This document shows, one piece after another, positions 1 through 11,779 of a stretch of DNA of 64,000 bases (positions within the stretch are counted from its first letter, which is position 1; each line of letters begins with the position of its first letter). Made by a program: the position numbers and the translations under genes. The notes under the pieces are model-generated. The model had not been told where the DNA came from, made no database searches, and saw only the letters and a list, made by a program, of their open reading frames with translations. The DNA comes from Felis catus (lineage: Eukaryota), in the NCBI RefSeq assembly GCF_018350175.1, contig NC_058368.1, forward strand, positions 71,240,001-71,304,000. The letters are read 5' to 3'.

Positions 1-549
1 TGCTTTTATCAGATGTCATCTGTTTAATACTTATAAAAATGCACATTTTAAAATGCATTTCAAAGAGGTATAAAACATTTTTTTCTTTGTATATTGTCAG
101 TGTTTAACAGGGATTTACCATGACCACTTAGGTATAGAATGGCCTATGATTTTGTAGTCTCAGGCTTGACGTGACATGAGGGTATTTTAAGGACCCATCT
201 GCTCAAGGCTCTGAATGACTCGATATTATCAGATTAAGAGTTTACCAATTTTTAAGGCAGAGGCTTGTCTCAGTTTGCTAGAATAAGTGATGTGTGACAT
301 AAAGTTTAAACCAAGACTTTGAAAACCTTTTCCAACTCTGAGATTCTGTGACTCCCTGTCAGGTTAAAATATTGCTTTCAGTTATATGAGTACTTTAAAG
401 ATCATATATAGCTTTAACTTTCTTTTAGAAATATAACTAAGACTTTTTCTGTAGTTACATTCAACTTACAACAATTCACTAACCCAGAAATAATTGTGTA
501 CTAAAAGATCTCCATATTACTTGTGTGTTTCTTTCAAAGGATTAGCCTG

Positions 550-715
550 TACAATTTTAGAGTAGGAAGAGAAGCTTATTAAATAGTTTCCTCTAGAAAT
601 GCCATCAGTTTATATGTGAAAGTGAAGATCTACAGAGATTGATTTGCCTCAAGTCAAACAGGTTACTGTTAGTGGCAAAGCTGGGCTTAGAATTGAAGTA
701 TCTAGGCCTACCCAG
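550..715 (-). mobile_element. MIR fragment
   Basis: gatttgcctcaagtcaaacag..gttagtggcaaagctgggcttagaa core. Confidence 0.55.
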
Positions 716-1153
716 AATGGAGCTACTCTCTTATGAGGCCTTAGCTGCTTCAAATATGGTGGTTACTCAAACTTAACATAAATTCCCTGAGTTTAGAATA
801 TACGTTATGAAGTAAGTGGTCAAACAATTCTGTCTAAAGTTTTTTAGTATTCAGAAATGTTATCTGAAGATTACCTTTTGGCAAGAGAATTTATAAATAT
901 GCCCTTAGTCCATTTAAGTACACCAAATCAAATCAGTTGATGCTTTAACAGACTAATTATAGGGCCGCACCCTACCAGATGAACTTAGTAGCAATCGGGT
1001 TATAGATGAACATACATGTAATATTTAGTACTACTCTAGGAAGTAATTTTTTTTTTTTTTTTTTAAGAATCATGTCCAGTGTTGTGAGAAAACTTGTTTT
1101 CCGGTTCCAAAGTGAGAGTAACAATTTTTTATGTGTGTTTTTTCTCTCTTCAG

Positions 1154-1201
1154 ACTTTTGATAAAATTCTTATTGCTAATAGAGGAGAAATTGCATGTAG
1201 G
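1154..1201 (+). CDS. PCCA: PCCA coding exon (equivalent of human exon 3), 48 nt, TFDKILIANRGEIACR
   Basis: Acceptor tttttttctctcttcag and donor gtgagt. The translation carries the biotin-carboxylase N-terminal motif KILIANRGEIA. Phase 0-0. Confidence 0.97.
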
Positions 1202-1307
1202 GTGAGTGGAATTTTAATCTTATTTTCCATTTTACTTTGTGAATTTTATTAAATCCCTTGAAATATGAATCTCTATTAATAGATAACATTGATATATTTT
1301 AAAATAG

Positions 1308-1376
1308 GTTATTAAAACTTGCAAGAAGATGGGCATTAAGACAGTTGCCATCCACAGTGATGTTGATGCTAGTTCT
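1308..1376 (+). CDS. PCCA: PCCA coding exon (equivalent of human exon 4), 69 nt, [23 protein letters not shown]
   Basis: Acceptor aaaatag and donor gtaagt. In-frame continuation of the previous exon after a 106-nt intron. Confidence 0.97.
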
Positions 1377-3071
1377 GTAAGTATATTTTGCTTTATCTGA
1401 ATGAAGACCTTATTTGGGGTATATTTAAAAGAAAAAAAAAAAAGCCTGGGTGGCTCAGTCAGTTGAGCGTCTGACTTCAGATGGTCTTGCAGTTCGTGAG
1501 TTCGAGCCCTCCGTCGGGCTCTGTGCTAACAGCTCAGAGCCTGGAGTCTGCTTCAGATTCTGTATCTCTCTCTCTCTCCCCCTCCCCTGCTCATTCTCTA
1601 CCTCTCTCTTTCTCTCAAAAATAAATAAATGTTAAAGTAAATAAATAAATAAAGGTAAAAGATGTAGGTTTTCTTCATTCTTGGCCTGAAAAGGGTATAC
1701 ACAATTAAAAAACAAAACACTTAATTACTGACTCTTGTATTAAGCAAAATGGAAGTATCATAATGTCTTTAATATGTGTCTTAATTTTTTTTTCCCCAGG
1801 GTTTTAAAAACCTAGAGTAGGGTTTAAAAATTGCCTGACAGATTGCTGGTCACCAAGTAGATTTGGACAAAGCTTGAGAAAGATTCAAAGATTATTGTAA
1901 TGTTTATATCATACTGCATTAGGAGAGCACGTTTTCCCACAGCTGAATTCCGGTATCACTAAGGGAATGCTATAATTGTTTAATTTTCCTAAATGCTGTA
2001 TCGTGTCCGGCTGAAAGGTTGATGAATGAAAGATACACTAATACTAATTGGACATGAACAAAAGGAATAACATAAAGCCGTGAATGATTTTATTGGGGAT
2101 TTTTACCACAGCAGGCATTTTTAGCAGTAATAAACTATGAAGGAATAGAAAAAAAACTCCTGAGAAAAGAATGTAAATTATTAGAACTTTAGGGGATGAA
2201 ATTTAAGTAGTGGTACTTTACGTTACTGTTTTTCATTCTTTTACACTACTTTTGATAACGGGACCTATCGGTGATGTCAGTTTTTATTATACAGAAAGAT
2301 AATACAGAGGATTTTCATTGTTTGTGATTTCTTACCTAGAAATGTGTTGTTCATTCTGCTTTATTGCGACTGACTTCCTTTAAAAAAAAAAAAAAAAGCA
2401 AAACAAAACAAAAAAAAGAGAAGCCATTACAAGCTATTCTAATTTCCTGAAAATAAAGGTTAAGTATCTTATCTAGTTTACTTGACAGATACATTTAAAG
2501 TAGTCCTCTTCTACTTAAAAAATAAATAAATTTATTTTACATATGTGGTTTTTTTTTTTTTTATTGGTTTCTGGCCTCTTTACTAATAATTTGTTTTAAC
2601 TGATAGTTTCAATAATAGTTTATATTCCTTACAAGAGATCTATGAAATAATGAGAAAACTATTACTTTAATCTGTTTCTTGGTTGGTAAACTAAGACATT
2701 TATCAGTAGCAAACTCTTTTAGAAAAAAGTTTGTGTTACCATCAGGCTAGTAATAGATTTAAAATTTTCTCTTGTCTTGTGTTCATTTTCAGTGTATTAG
2801 GTCAGGAGGTGTTTTTCACTCATGCATAAATTGGGAGAGAAAATGGACACTATTTTTATATCAAGTCTTATAGTAAACTTTAACTTACTTTTCTCATATC
2901 AAGATATAGTTCCGTATCCTGTGTTCTCATGAAGGTGACTGTTGGCATGCATGGTCCAAAATTATTTGCATTTTGATTTTTTTCATATATGTTTGTATTT
3001 CAGTGTTGGTATTATAGTTCCCAACAGCACGACTGCTTTTTCCCATTCTTAATTTTCTAGCTTTGTGTTCT

Positions 3072-3476
3072 TGTTAGGTAGAAGCTTTGCAGGAGCAATT
3101 TGCATTGCGGGTACAGCCCCTGCCTTGGAGAAAGGCTGCCGTGATGGTATGGTACAAACCTTGTAGGGTCAGAAACTCCTCCCAACCTGTGGGGGGAGTT
3201 TCCCAACTGACTGGAAGCAGCCTCCATTAGAGATCATCCCACACTGTCTGTCTCAGCTCCTCCCAGCCCAGAGAGAACCAATACTATCCAATCCCAAAAC
3301 AACGTAGGAGCCAGCTCTCCCACCTTGAGAGTGTACTTCTGATTTAATAAACAGCTTTGCACTTGCTACTTTCCTTCTGGCTGTCTTTATTCGAGTGTGG
3401 ATCCTCACGTAAATCTTCTCATGGGGAATCAAGAGACTGAGGCCTCCATTCACACAACCCAGACTCACCCATAACA
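3072..3476 (+). mobile_element. Solo LTR (ERV1-like, 405 bp)
   Basis: Termini TGTTA...TAACA, gagagtgtacttc followed by AATAAA at 3346-3351, and a near-TSD ttct/tttt. Confidence 0.7.
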
Positions 3477-4829
3477 TTTTGATCTAGAGGTACACTGTCA
3501 CTTTCCAGCCTTTGAAAAAAATGGTTTCAGAAGAGTTGGTCAGAGTTTTAAGATGGTCCTTCATATCCTTCTAAAGCAGAGATGGTAGTTTTACATTTTA
3601 AAGACTTTTAGTCACTTTTTGCTGAAAGTGGAAATGAGCCTACCAGAGATTATAATACATAATTTAGAATAAGATTTCCTAGGGCCCACAGTGGAGGCAA
3701 TGCATGATCAGTCAAAACTTCCTCTTCGTGTGACCTACCTTAGGCCCTTTTCTAGAAAGATACGATTTAGGATAATAATGATAGTTAGAATGTTAAAAGT
3801 TTAGTTTAGGCCTTAGCACTAGAACCAAATCTATTTGATTTCTGCATCTCAAGAAAGCCAAAAGGGTGAATTCCTCTAACGGTTTTTTGCTTCCTTAACA
3901 TGTGACCAAAAAGATTATCATTGTATCCAATGAGCTTTACAATATGGGTAATATGAACAAGTCTTGCTACTTAGATGTATTGTTAATATTGCAATATTTA
4001 TTTTCAACAGGTGAGCATTAAATTTTTTTTTAATGTTTATTTTTGAGCAAGACAAAGAGAAGGAGACAGAGTGTGAGTGGGAAAGAGCAGAGAGAGAGGG
4101 AGGGAGACACAGAATCCAAAGTATGCCAGGCTCTGAGCCATTAGGGCAGAGCCTGACGCAGGACTCGAGCTCATGATCCATGAGATCATGACCTGAGCTG
4201 AAGTCAGACATTTAACTGATTGAGCCACCCAGGCACCCCAGGAGGTGAGCATTTGGAGTAATTTGGAGTAAAAAATACATGCTTTATGTTAATTTCATAA
4301 ATGGAAATGTAAATATTGCAGTAGGAAAATACAACAGTTGATTTTTTTTTTTTTTTAATGTTTATTTTTGAGAGAGAGACAGTGTGTGTGGAGGAGGGGC
4401 AGAGAGAGAGAGGCACACACAGAATCTGAAGCAGGCTTCAGGCTCTGAGCCGTCAGCACGGGGCCTGACATGGGGCTTGAACCCACAAACCGTGAGATCA
4501 TGACCTGAGCCGAAGTTGGACGCTCAGCTGACTGAGCCACCCAGGTGCCCCAACAGTTGATTGTTTTTAAATGGCAAGTTAATATTTTTCACAACTAATT
4601 TTTGACAAGCAGGGAGAAAAGGCTAACGGTTTACTACAACTATTAAGTGATAAGTCCTATAAAGAAAACGACCTACCTTATAAATGATGTGTAATGGAAA
4701 AAAATTGGCTTTTAAAGATGATTATGCAGTTTTTCCATTGGTCTCCTTTCCCCCATCCTGTTCTTCAAAATTGTCTTCAATATTCTTGTCTTTTTGTTCT
4801 TCCATGTGAATTTTAGGATAAGCTTGCTT

Positions 4830-6780
4830 ACCAAATTAGACACATCCACCCACCAGTTTTTAGCTATTGTGAACAAGACTTCTTTAATAATCTAGTACAA
4901 ATCTTTATGTAAACATATACTTTGATTTGTCTAAATACCTAGGAGTGGAATTACTTGGTCATCAGGTAGATGAGAGGCAAAGCAACTTTTTCCTGTATGA
5001 ATAGTAAATCTCTGTCTGGGGAGTAAATAAATATATTTTAGACTCTGCAGATCACATGTTCTGCTGCTTTTATTTATATATACATACATATGACCCTTTA
5101 GAAATGTAAAAAGCATTTTTAACTTGCAGGCTATAAAATAACTGTCCTTAGATTGGATTTGGCCTGTGGGTGGGTGGTATTTTGTTGACTCCTGGCATTA
5201 ATAGATGCATATTTAACTGTAAGAAGCTGCCACGGGTGCCTGGGTGGCTCAGTTGGTTAAGTCTGGTTCTTGATTTCGGCTCTGGTCATGATCTTGTGGT
5301 TTGTGAGATTGAGCCCCATGTTGAGCTCTGCACTGATAGCATACATCCTGCTTGGGATTCATTCATTCTCTCTCTCCCTCCCTCCCTCCCCTTCTCCCTG
5401 TCCCTCTCCCTCTCTCCCCCTTACCCCCTCTCAAAATAAACAAACTTAAAAAATAAGTGTTAGAAGCTGCCAAATAGTTGTTCTGTATGACTCTGCCACA
5501 TTTTGCTCTCACCAGTAATGTACGAACGTTCATGTTGCTCTGCGTCCTTGCCTGGACTTGATCTCAGCAGTCCTTCTGATTTTGGCTATTCTGTTGGTGT
5601 TCACATGTTATCTTATTGTAGTTTTAATTTAAATTCTCTGATGAATATTGATGTTGAGTACCTTTTCATATTAGTGGCCATTTATATTCTTAAGTGTTCA
5701 GACATAAAATTGGAAGAGCAAGTACAGTGAGTGCTTATACCTTTTGCTTGGACTCACCAGTTAACATTTGGACACATTTGCTTATAACTGTCCATATGTA
5801 TGAGTATAAATATATATTGTGTGTATATTTCTTCTTTTTTTATTTTGCTAAGGAAATTGGAAGTAAGTTACAGTCATGGCATTTCACCCCTCAATACTTA
5901 AGTTTTTATTTCCCAGGAAAAGGCTATTCTCTTACATATACCCTATCAAAGCTAGGAAAATTATTAGTAATTCTATAGTATAATCTAATACACAGACTGT
6001 ATTCAAATTTTCCCATTTGTCTCCAAATGTCTTTACTTTTTTTTTTTTTTTTAATGTAAGCTTTACATCCAACATGGGTCTTGAACTCATGACCCTGTAA
6101 TGAAGATGCTCTACTTACAGAGCCAGCCAGGTGCCGCTCCCAATGTCTTTAGTATTTTTTTTTTGACCCACAGTTCAGTCGCGGTTCATGAATTATATTC
6201 GGTTATTATGGCTCTTTAAAGAGTCTCTTAATCTAAAATAGTCGTCTTCCCTTCCCTCTTTGTTTGATTTTCATGATACCGACGTTTTGAGGAATCCAGG
6301 CCAATTGGCTTATAGATAGTCTGGGTTTGTTTCCTCACAAATAGATTCAGTGTAAATCTTTTTTTTTTGATAAGAAAACTTCATAAGTGGGGCGCCTTCA
6401 TAAGTGGGTGGCTCAGTCGGTTAAACGTCCTACTTCGGCTCAGGTCCCGATCTCGCTGTGAGTTTGAGCCCTGCGTTGGGCTCTGTGCTGACAGCTCAGT
6501 CTGCAGCCTGCTTTAGATTCTGCATTTCCCCCACTCTCACTCTGTTTTGTCTTGAAAGTAAATAAACGTTAAAAAAAAATTAAAAAAATACTTAAGTGAT
6601 CCTGTTGTATCAAGAAGTTCATAATGTTGGGTGGTTTTGGTTACACTGATTACTTGGTTGAGGTAATGGTGCGTTTTTTCCCCCTCTTTTGAAATTAATT
6701 TTTGGGGGTGAATCTTTGAATCCATGTGAATATTTGTCCCCCAACAACCTCTCATCTACTATTTTTCATCCACTGATAAA
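4830..6780 (-). mobile_element. Old L1M 3'-region fragments with nested MER58-like element and SINEs
   Basis: Motifs taaatacctaggagtggaattacttggtca and tgatgttgagtaccttttcat. Confidence 0.6.
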
Positions 6781-6986
6781 AAGCATCTGATGCAATAATT
6801 ACTTTGGTTGCATTTGTCTTGTGCTGTCTGTTGAGAAGTCTGTCAGGTCTACTCCATTTTGAATCTACCTTTTTTCCCCCCCTTATATATTTGAATCCCC
6901 TTTCATGTCTTACTCATTTTTAACTACTTACTTTTTTAGAATTTATTTATTTTGAGAGAGTGCATGCGCATGTGCTAACCAGGGAG

Positions 6987-7026
<40 letters not shown>

Positions 7027-7716
7027 TCCTAAGCAGACTCCACCCTGTGAGCACAGAGCCTGATGTGGGGCTTGAACCCAGGAACCGTGAGATCATGACC
7101 AGAGCCAAAACCAAGAGTTGGGCACTTAACTGACTAAACTACCCAGGTGCCCCTTTAACTACTTATTTTAAAGCTTCTATCATACTGCTGTATTATTCCA
7201 AGTTCTTAAGTGTCTACTTCTGACATCTTACACAATGGATGAGCTTTTCATTTGTGTGGATCTTGGCTTGTGACCTCCTATCTGGTGTCTTTAATGTTGA
7301 ATCCCAGCATGGTTTGGGTTGCAGATACGGCCTTGTTGGGTGGGTGCTATATTTGTTTCTGCCAGACTCTCTAGGGTACCCTTCTTCTGGTACTAATGTT
7401 TCTGTTAACTTATTGGCATGAAGGTTGCTGAATTTCGAGGATAATGGAAAAAACAAAATGAAATGACATATATCCCTCCCTCTCTTGAATAGACCCATGG
7501 TTTCTAATTTACAGAGGAGACTTCTTACTTTGAACTACAGCAGATAATTTTAAATATATGTCTTCCATGTACTTATTAGATTGACATTTTTCTTCCTTTT
7601 CACTGAGGATGTAATCTTTGAGCAGCCTGGCCGTATGTAGGGAGTTTTTCTTACAATTTTTAACTCCTTTCTCTGAGAATTAACTCAGTTCTTTAGATTC
7701 TCTCCCCGCCGCTGCC

Positions 7717-7895
7717 TTTTTTTTTTTTTTTTTTTTTTTTACTAGATTACCAGTTTATTATAAATGAGTATAGCTCAGAAACAGTCAGTTGGAAGACCTG
7801 AGTAAGGGAAGGTATGGGGACAGGGCAGGAAGCTTGTGTACCCTCCCTAGGCACACCGGTTTCCCCCAATTTCCATGTGCTCACCAACCCCGATT
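7717..7895 (-). mobile_element. MER21/MER77-like LTR fragment ending in AATAAA plus poly(A)
   Basis: Minus strand reads aataaactggtaatctagt followed by A24. Body resembles the LTR at 28575-29476. Confidence 0.55.
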
Positions 7896-9739
7896 CTTGA
7901 GATCCCCCTCCCACTCTCCATGATTAGCTGGAATATTGGCTCTGGCAGATGCTGCCTGGCTTTTAGCTTCCTGTTTTGTTTTTGATCCCTGGGGATTGCC
8001 TGTAATTTCTTGTAAGCCAAGTTGTTCATTTAAAGGGTGTTTGTTAAATTTAATCTAGGATTTGAGGTGCTTGTAGAGGTGCTTGTAGGGAGGCTTTGCA
8101 GATTATTTAGTTGGTTGTTCTTGGATAGTCTTTTTTTTTTTTTTAATGTTTATTTATTTTTGAGAGAGAGCGTGCATGAGCAGGAGAGGGGCAGAGAGAG
8201 AAGGAGACACAGAATCAGAGGCAGGCTCCAGGCTCTGAGCTGTCAGCACAGAGCCCTATGTGGGGCTAAAACTCACAAACCATGAGATCATCACCCGAGC
8301 CAAAGTCAGACGCTTAAGTGACTGAGCCACCGGGGTGTCCCAGTGGATAGTCTTAAAAAGAGGATGACATCCTGTCCGTTGAAGTTGCCCTGCTCTTTTT
8401 GAAAAGTGAAGGCTGATCTAGAGCAGTATCAAAATCGTACTTTACCCAGGATGGCAGTTCACATATGCTGATGGGATTTCTGCAGCTGCTTCCGGGGGAT
8501 GAGTCCACAAGCAGTGGGAAATGGTCTGGGCAGGAGAGGCAGGTGGGAGTTAGGCCTCTTACCAAGTCATGAATTGTCTTTTATGTGTTCTCCAGGTCTT
8601 TATTAGTCTTTGGAAAGATGTTTAGAGAATGGTATATGAAGGAAAAATTGTTCTGGTGGAAGACGGAATCCTGCTGGACTTTTGATAGGGATTGTGTTGT
8701 ATCTGTACACTAATTTGGGAAGTAGTATTATCTCAACATTCTCAATTCCTCCTATCCATGGACGTGGATATTCCATTTGCTCTTGTTCTAGTTACTGTGG
8801 CTACTTTAATTTCAGCAGTGTTTTGTAGTTTTCAGAGTGTAAGTTTTGCACTTAACTTTGTTATATTTCATAGTAAATATTTTAGTATTTTTTAGGATTG
8901 CAGTGTTTTAAGTTTCAGTTTTTATTGCAAGTTTATCTTAGAACTATAATCAACTTTTGTATGTGATCATTTGTCCTGCAACCTTGCTGAATTTGTTTAT
9001 TCTTTTATATATACACACACGCGCACACATACACACGTGTGTGTGTATCTATATATGTAAGATCCTTAAGATTCTCTCTAGAAGACCATGTACAAATAGA
9101 GATAGACTAGAGATAGACTTCTTTTGTTTCAATCTGGGAGCTTTTTATTTCATATTAATTTTCTTGGCTTTAACGTTCAGAGTGATATTGAATAGAAGTA
9201 GTGAGAGCAAGCATCTTGTTTTGTTCCTCATCTTTGGCAGAAAGCGCTTAGTATTTCACAATTAAGTTTGATTTCGGCTCTGGGATTTTCATAAATTCCC
9301 ATTATCAGGTTGAGGAAGTGCCCTGGTATTTCTAGATTGTTGAATGCTTTTTTGTGATTGGATATTGGATTATTTCAAATGCTTTTTTTGTGTTGACTGA
9401 GATGCCATAGCTTTTGTCTGTTATTCTATTGATATGGTATATTCCATTAATTTTTGGATATTACACACTTGGTCAAGGTGTATAGTTTTTTGTATATATT
9501 GCTGGATTCATTTTATTAGTGCTTTGTTGAGAATTTTTCATCTGTGGTTATAAGAGCTATTGGTCTGTAGTTTTCTTGTGATGGCTTTGTTTTGGTATCA
9601 GATCTTGGCCTCATATTATAAGTTAGGAACTGTTCCCTCATCTTCTCTTGTTTTGGAAGAGTCTGTGAAGAGTTGGCATTAATTATTCCTTAAATGTTTG
9701 GTAGAACTCACCAGTGAAGCCATCTCTGTGGCTTTTTAA

Positions 9740-9741
<2 letters not shown>

Positions 9742-9788
<47 letters not shown>
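9742..9788. repeat. (TTA)n microsatellite in a SINE tail
   Basis: Seen directly. Confidence 0.95.
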
Positions 9789-10386
9789 TTTGAGAGAGAT
9801 CCCAGCAGGCTCCATGCCTAGCATGGAGCCTGACATGGGGCTCGATCTCATAACTGTGAGATCATGACTTGAACTGAAATCAAAGAGTGGGGACACGTAA
9901 CCAACTGAGCCACCCAGGTGCCCTAAAGTCTTTATTTTTAAGTAATCTCTATACCCAATGTGGGGCTTGAACTCACAACCCTGAGATCAAGAGTTGTATG
10001 CTCTATCAACTGAGCCAGCCAGGCACCTGTCTATGGGTGGTTTTTTGATTATTCAATCTCTTATTAAAGGTTTATTCAGATTTTTGATTTCTTTTTCTGT
10101 GTCTATAATTTTTTCTTTCTAGGAACTTGTCCATTTCACCTGATTTATCTAGTTTATTGATATAGGATTATAGTATTTCCTTATTTTTATTTTTGTAAGT
10201 TTGGTAGTGATTTCTTTCATTCCTGATTCTAGGCTCTTAAGAGTCTTTTTTTCCTTGGTCACTTTAGCTAAAAGTTTTCAACTTTATTGATCTTTTCAAA
10301 GAGCCAACTTTGATTTCATTGATCTCTATGTCATTTGTATTTAGTCTTTATTATTTCCTTTATCCTGCTTGTTCTGGGTTTATTTT

Positions 10387-10422
<36 letters not shown>

Positions 10423-10483
10423 AAGTAGGCTTCATGCCTAGCATGGAACCCAATGCAGAGCTTGCACTTAAGACCTGAGCAGA

Positions 10484-10713
10484 GGGGCGCCTGGGTGGCG
10501 CAGTCGGTTAAGCGTCCGATTTCAGCCAGGTCACGATCTCACGGTCCGTGAGTTCGAGCCCCGCGTCAGGCTCTGGGCTGATGGCTCGGAGCCTGGAGCC
10601 TGTTTCCGATTCTGCGTCTCCCTCTCTCTCTGCCCATCCCCCGTTCATGCTCTGTCTCTCTCTGTCCCAAAAATAAATAAAAACGTTAAAAAAAAAATTA
10701 AAAAAAAAAAAAA
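10484..10713 (+). mobile_element. Young felid SINE (SINEC_Fc type) nested in an older antisense SINE
   Basis: CpG-rich ggggcgcctgggtggcgcagtcggttaagcgtcc head. TSD aagacctgagcaga at 10470 and 10714. Confidence 0.92.
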
Positions 10714-11551
10714 AAGACCTGAGCAGAGATTAAGAGTTGGACGCTTAACCAACTAAGCCACCCAGGTGCCCCTAGTTTTCTCTTTTTAAAAATAGTTTAA
10801 GGTAGAAGATTAGGTTGTTGACTTAGTTTTTTTTTTTAATCTAAGTGTTGAGCTGTATAACATTTTTCTCTGTTTAGCTGCACCCCATATGCTTTGGTAT
10901 GTTTTTCATTTTCATTCCTGAAACTCTTTTCTGACTTCCCTTGTGATTTCTTTTTTGGCCTGCTTATCATTTAGGAGTGTGTTGTTTAGTTACACATTAT
11001 TTGTGAGCTTCCCAAGTTTATTTTTACCTGTTTTTAGTTTCCTTACATTTTGGTTAGACAACATGCTTTTTATTTCTGGCTTTTAAAATTTGTTGGTGTT
11101 TGTTTTATGGCGTACCATGTGCTCTGTCCTTGAGTTCCATGTGAACCTAAGAATGTCTGTTTTGCTGTTTATGGTTCTCTCTAGATGCCTTTCAGGACTG
11201 GTTGGTTCATAGGGCTATTCAAGTCTTCTCTTTCCTTGTTGATCTTCTGTTCTATCCATTAATGAAAGTGGGGTTTAACATGTTTGTAAAAAGCTTCTTA
11301 AAATGTTAAGTATTTATTTTGTTTTGCTCAGAAGACAAAATCGGTGACAAGTAGTTATAGGCCTGTAACTCTGTGCATGAAAGAGCCTGAATAAGGTAAG
11401 AGATCATTGACTAAGGAACTCTAGACTGTCATAGAAGTAATGAAGTAGGGTGCTTGGTGTAGAGATTCTCACAAGAATTCTTTGCAGTTTTCAGTAAACA
11501 AGAAATTTTGACATGAATTGTTATAGACTTAAGTAAAAATAGATTTCCTTT

Positions 11552-11779
11552 ATATTTAAAAAAAAATTTTTTTTTTCAACGTTTATTTATTTTTGGGACA
11601 GAGAGAGACAGAGCATGAATGGGGGAGGGACAGAGAGAGAAGGAGACACAGAATCGGAAGCAGGCTCCAGGCTCTGAGCCATCAGCCCAGAGCCTGACGC
11701 GGGGCTCGAACTCACGGACCGCGAGATCGTGACCTGGCTGAAGTCGGACGCTTAACCGACTGCGCCACCCAGGCGCCCC
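11552..11779 (-). mobile_element. Young felid SINE (SINEC_Fc type)
   Basis: Full head, CT linker and tail. TSD gatttccttt. Confidence 0.92.

Larger units (their letters stand above)
8690..11270 (-). mobile_element. Older L1 ORF2 fragment interrupted by SINEs
   Basis: Antisense L1 ORF2 motifs such as tgaatagaagtagtgagagcaagcatcttgt and ttggtagaactcaccagtgaagccatct. Confidence 0.8.

Noticed and set aside
9930..10028. tRNA-Lys-like sequences here and near 17795, 27470, 36510 and 46621 as tRNA genes
   Set aside because: Diverged short SINEs with A-rich tails. I could not form an intact cloverleaf by eye.
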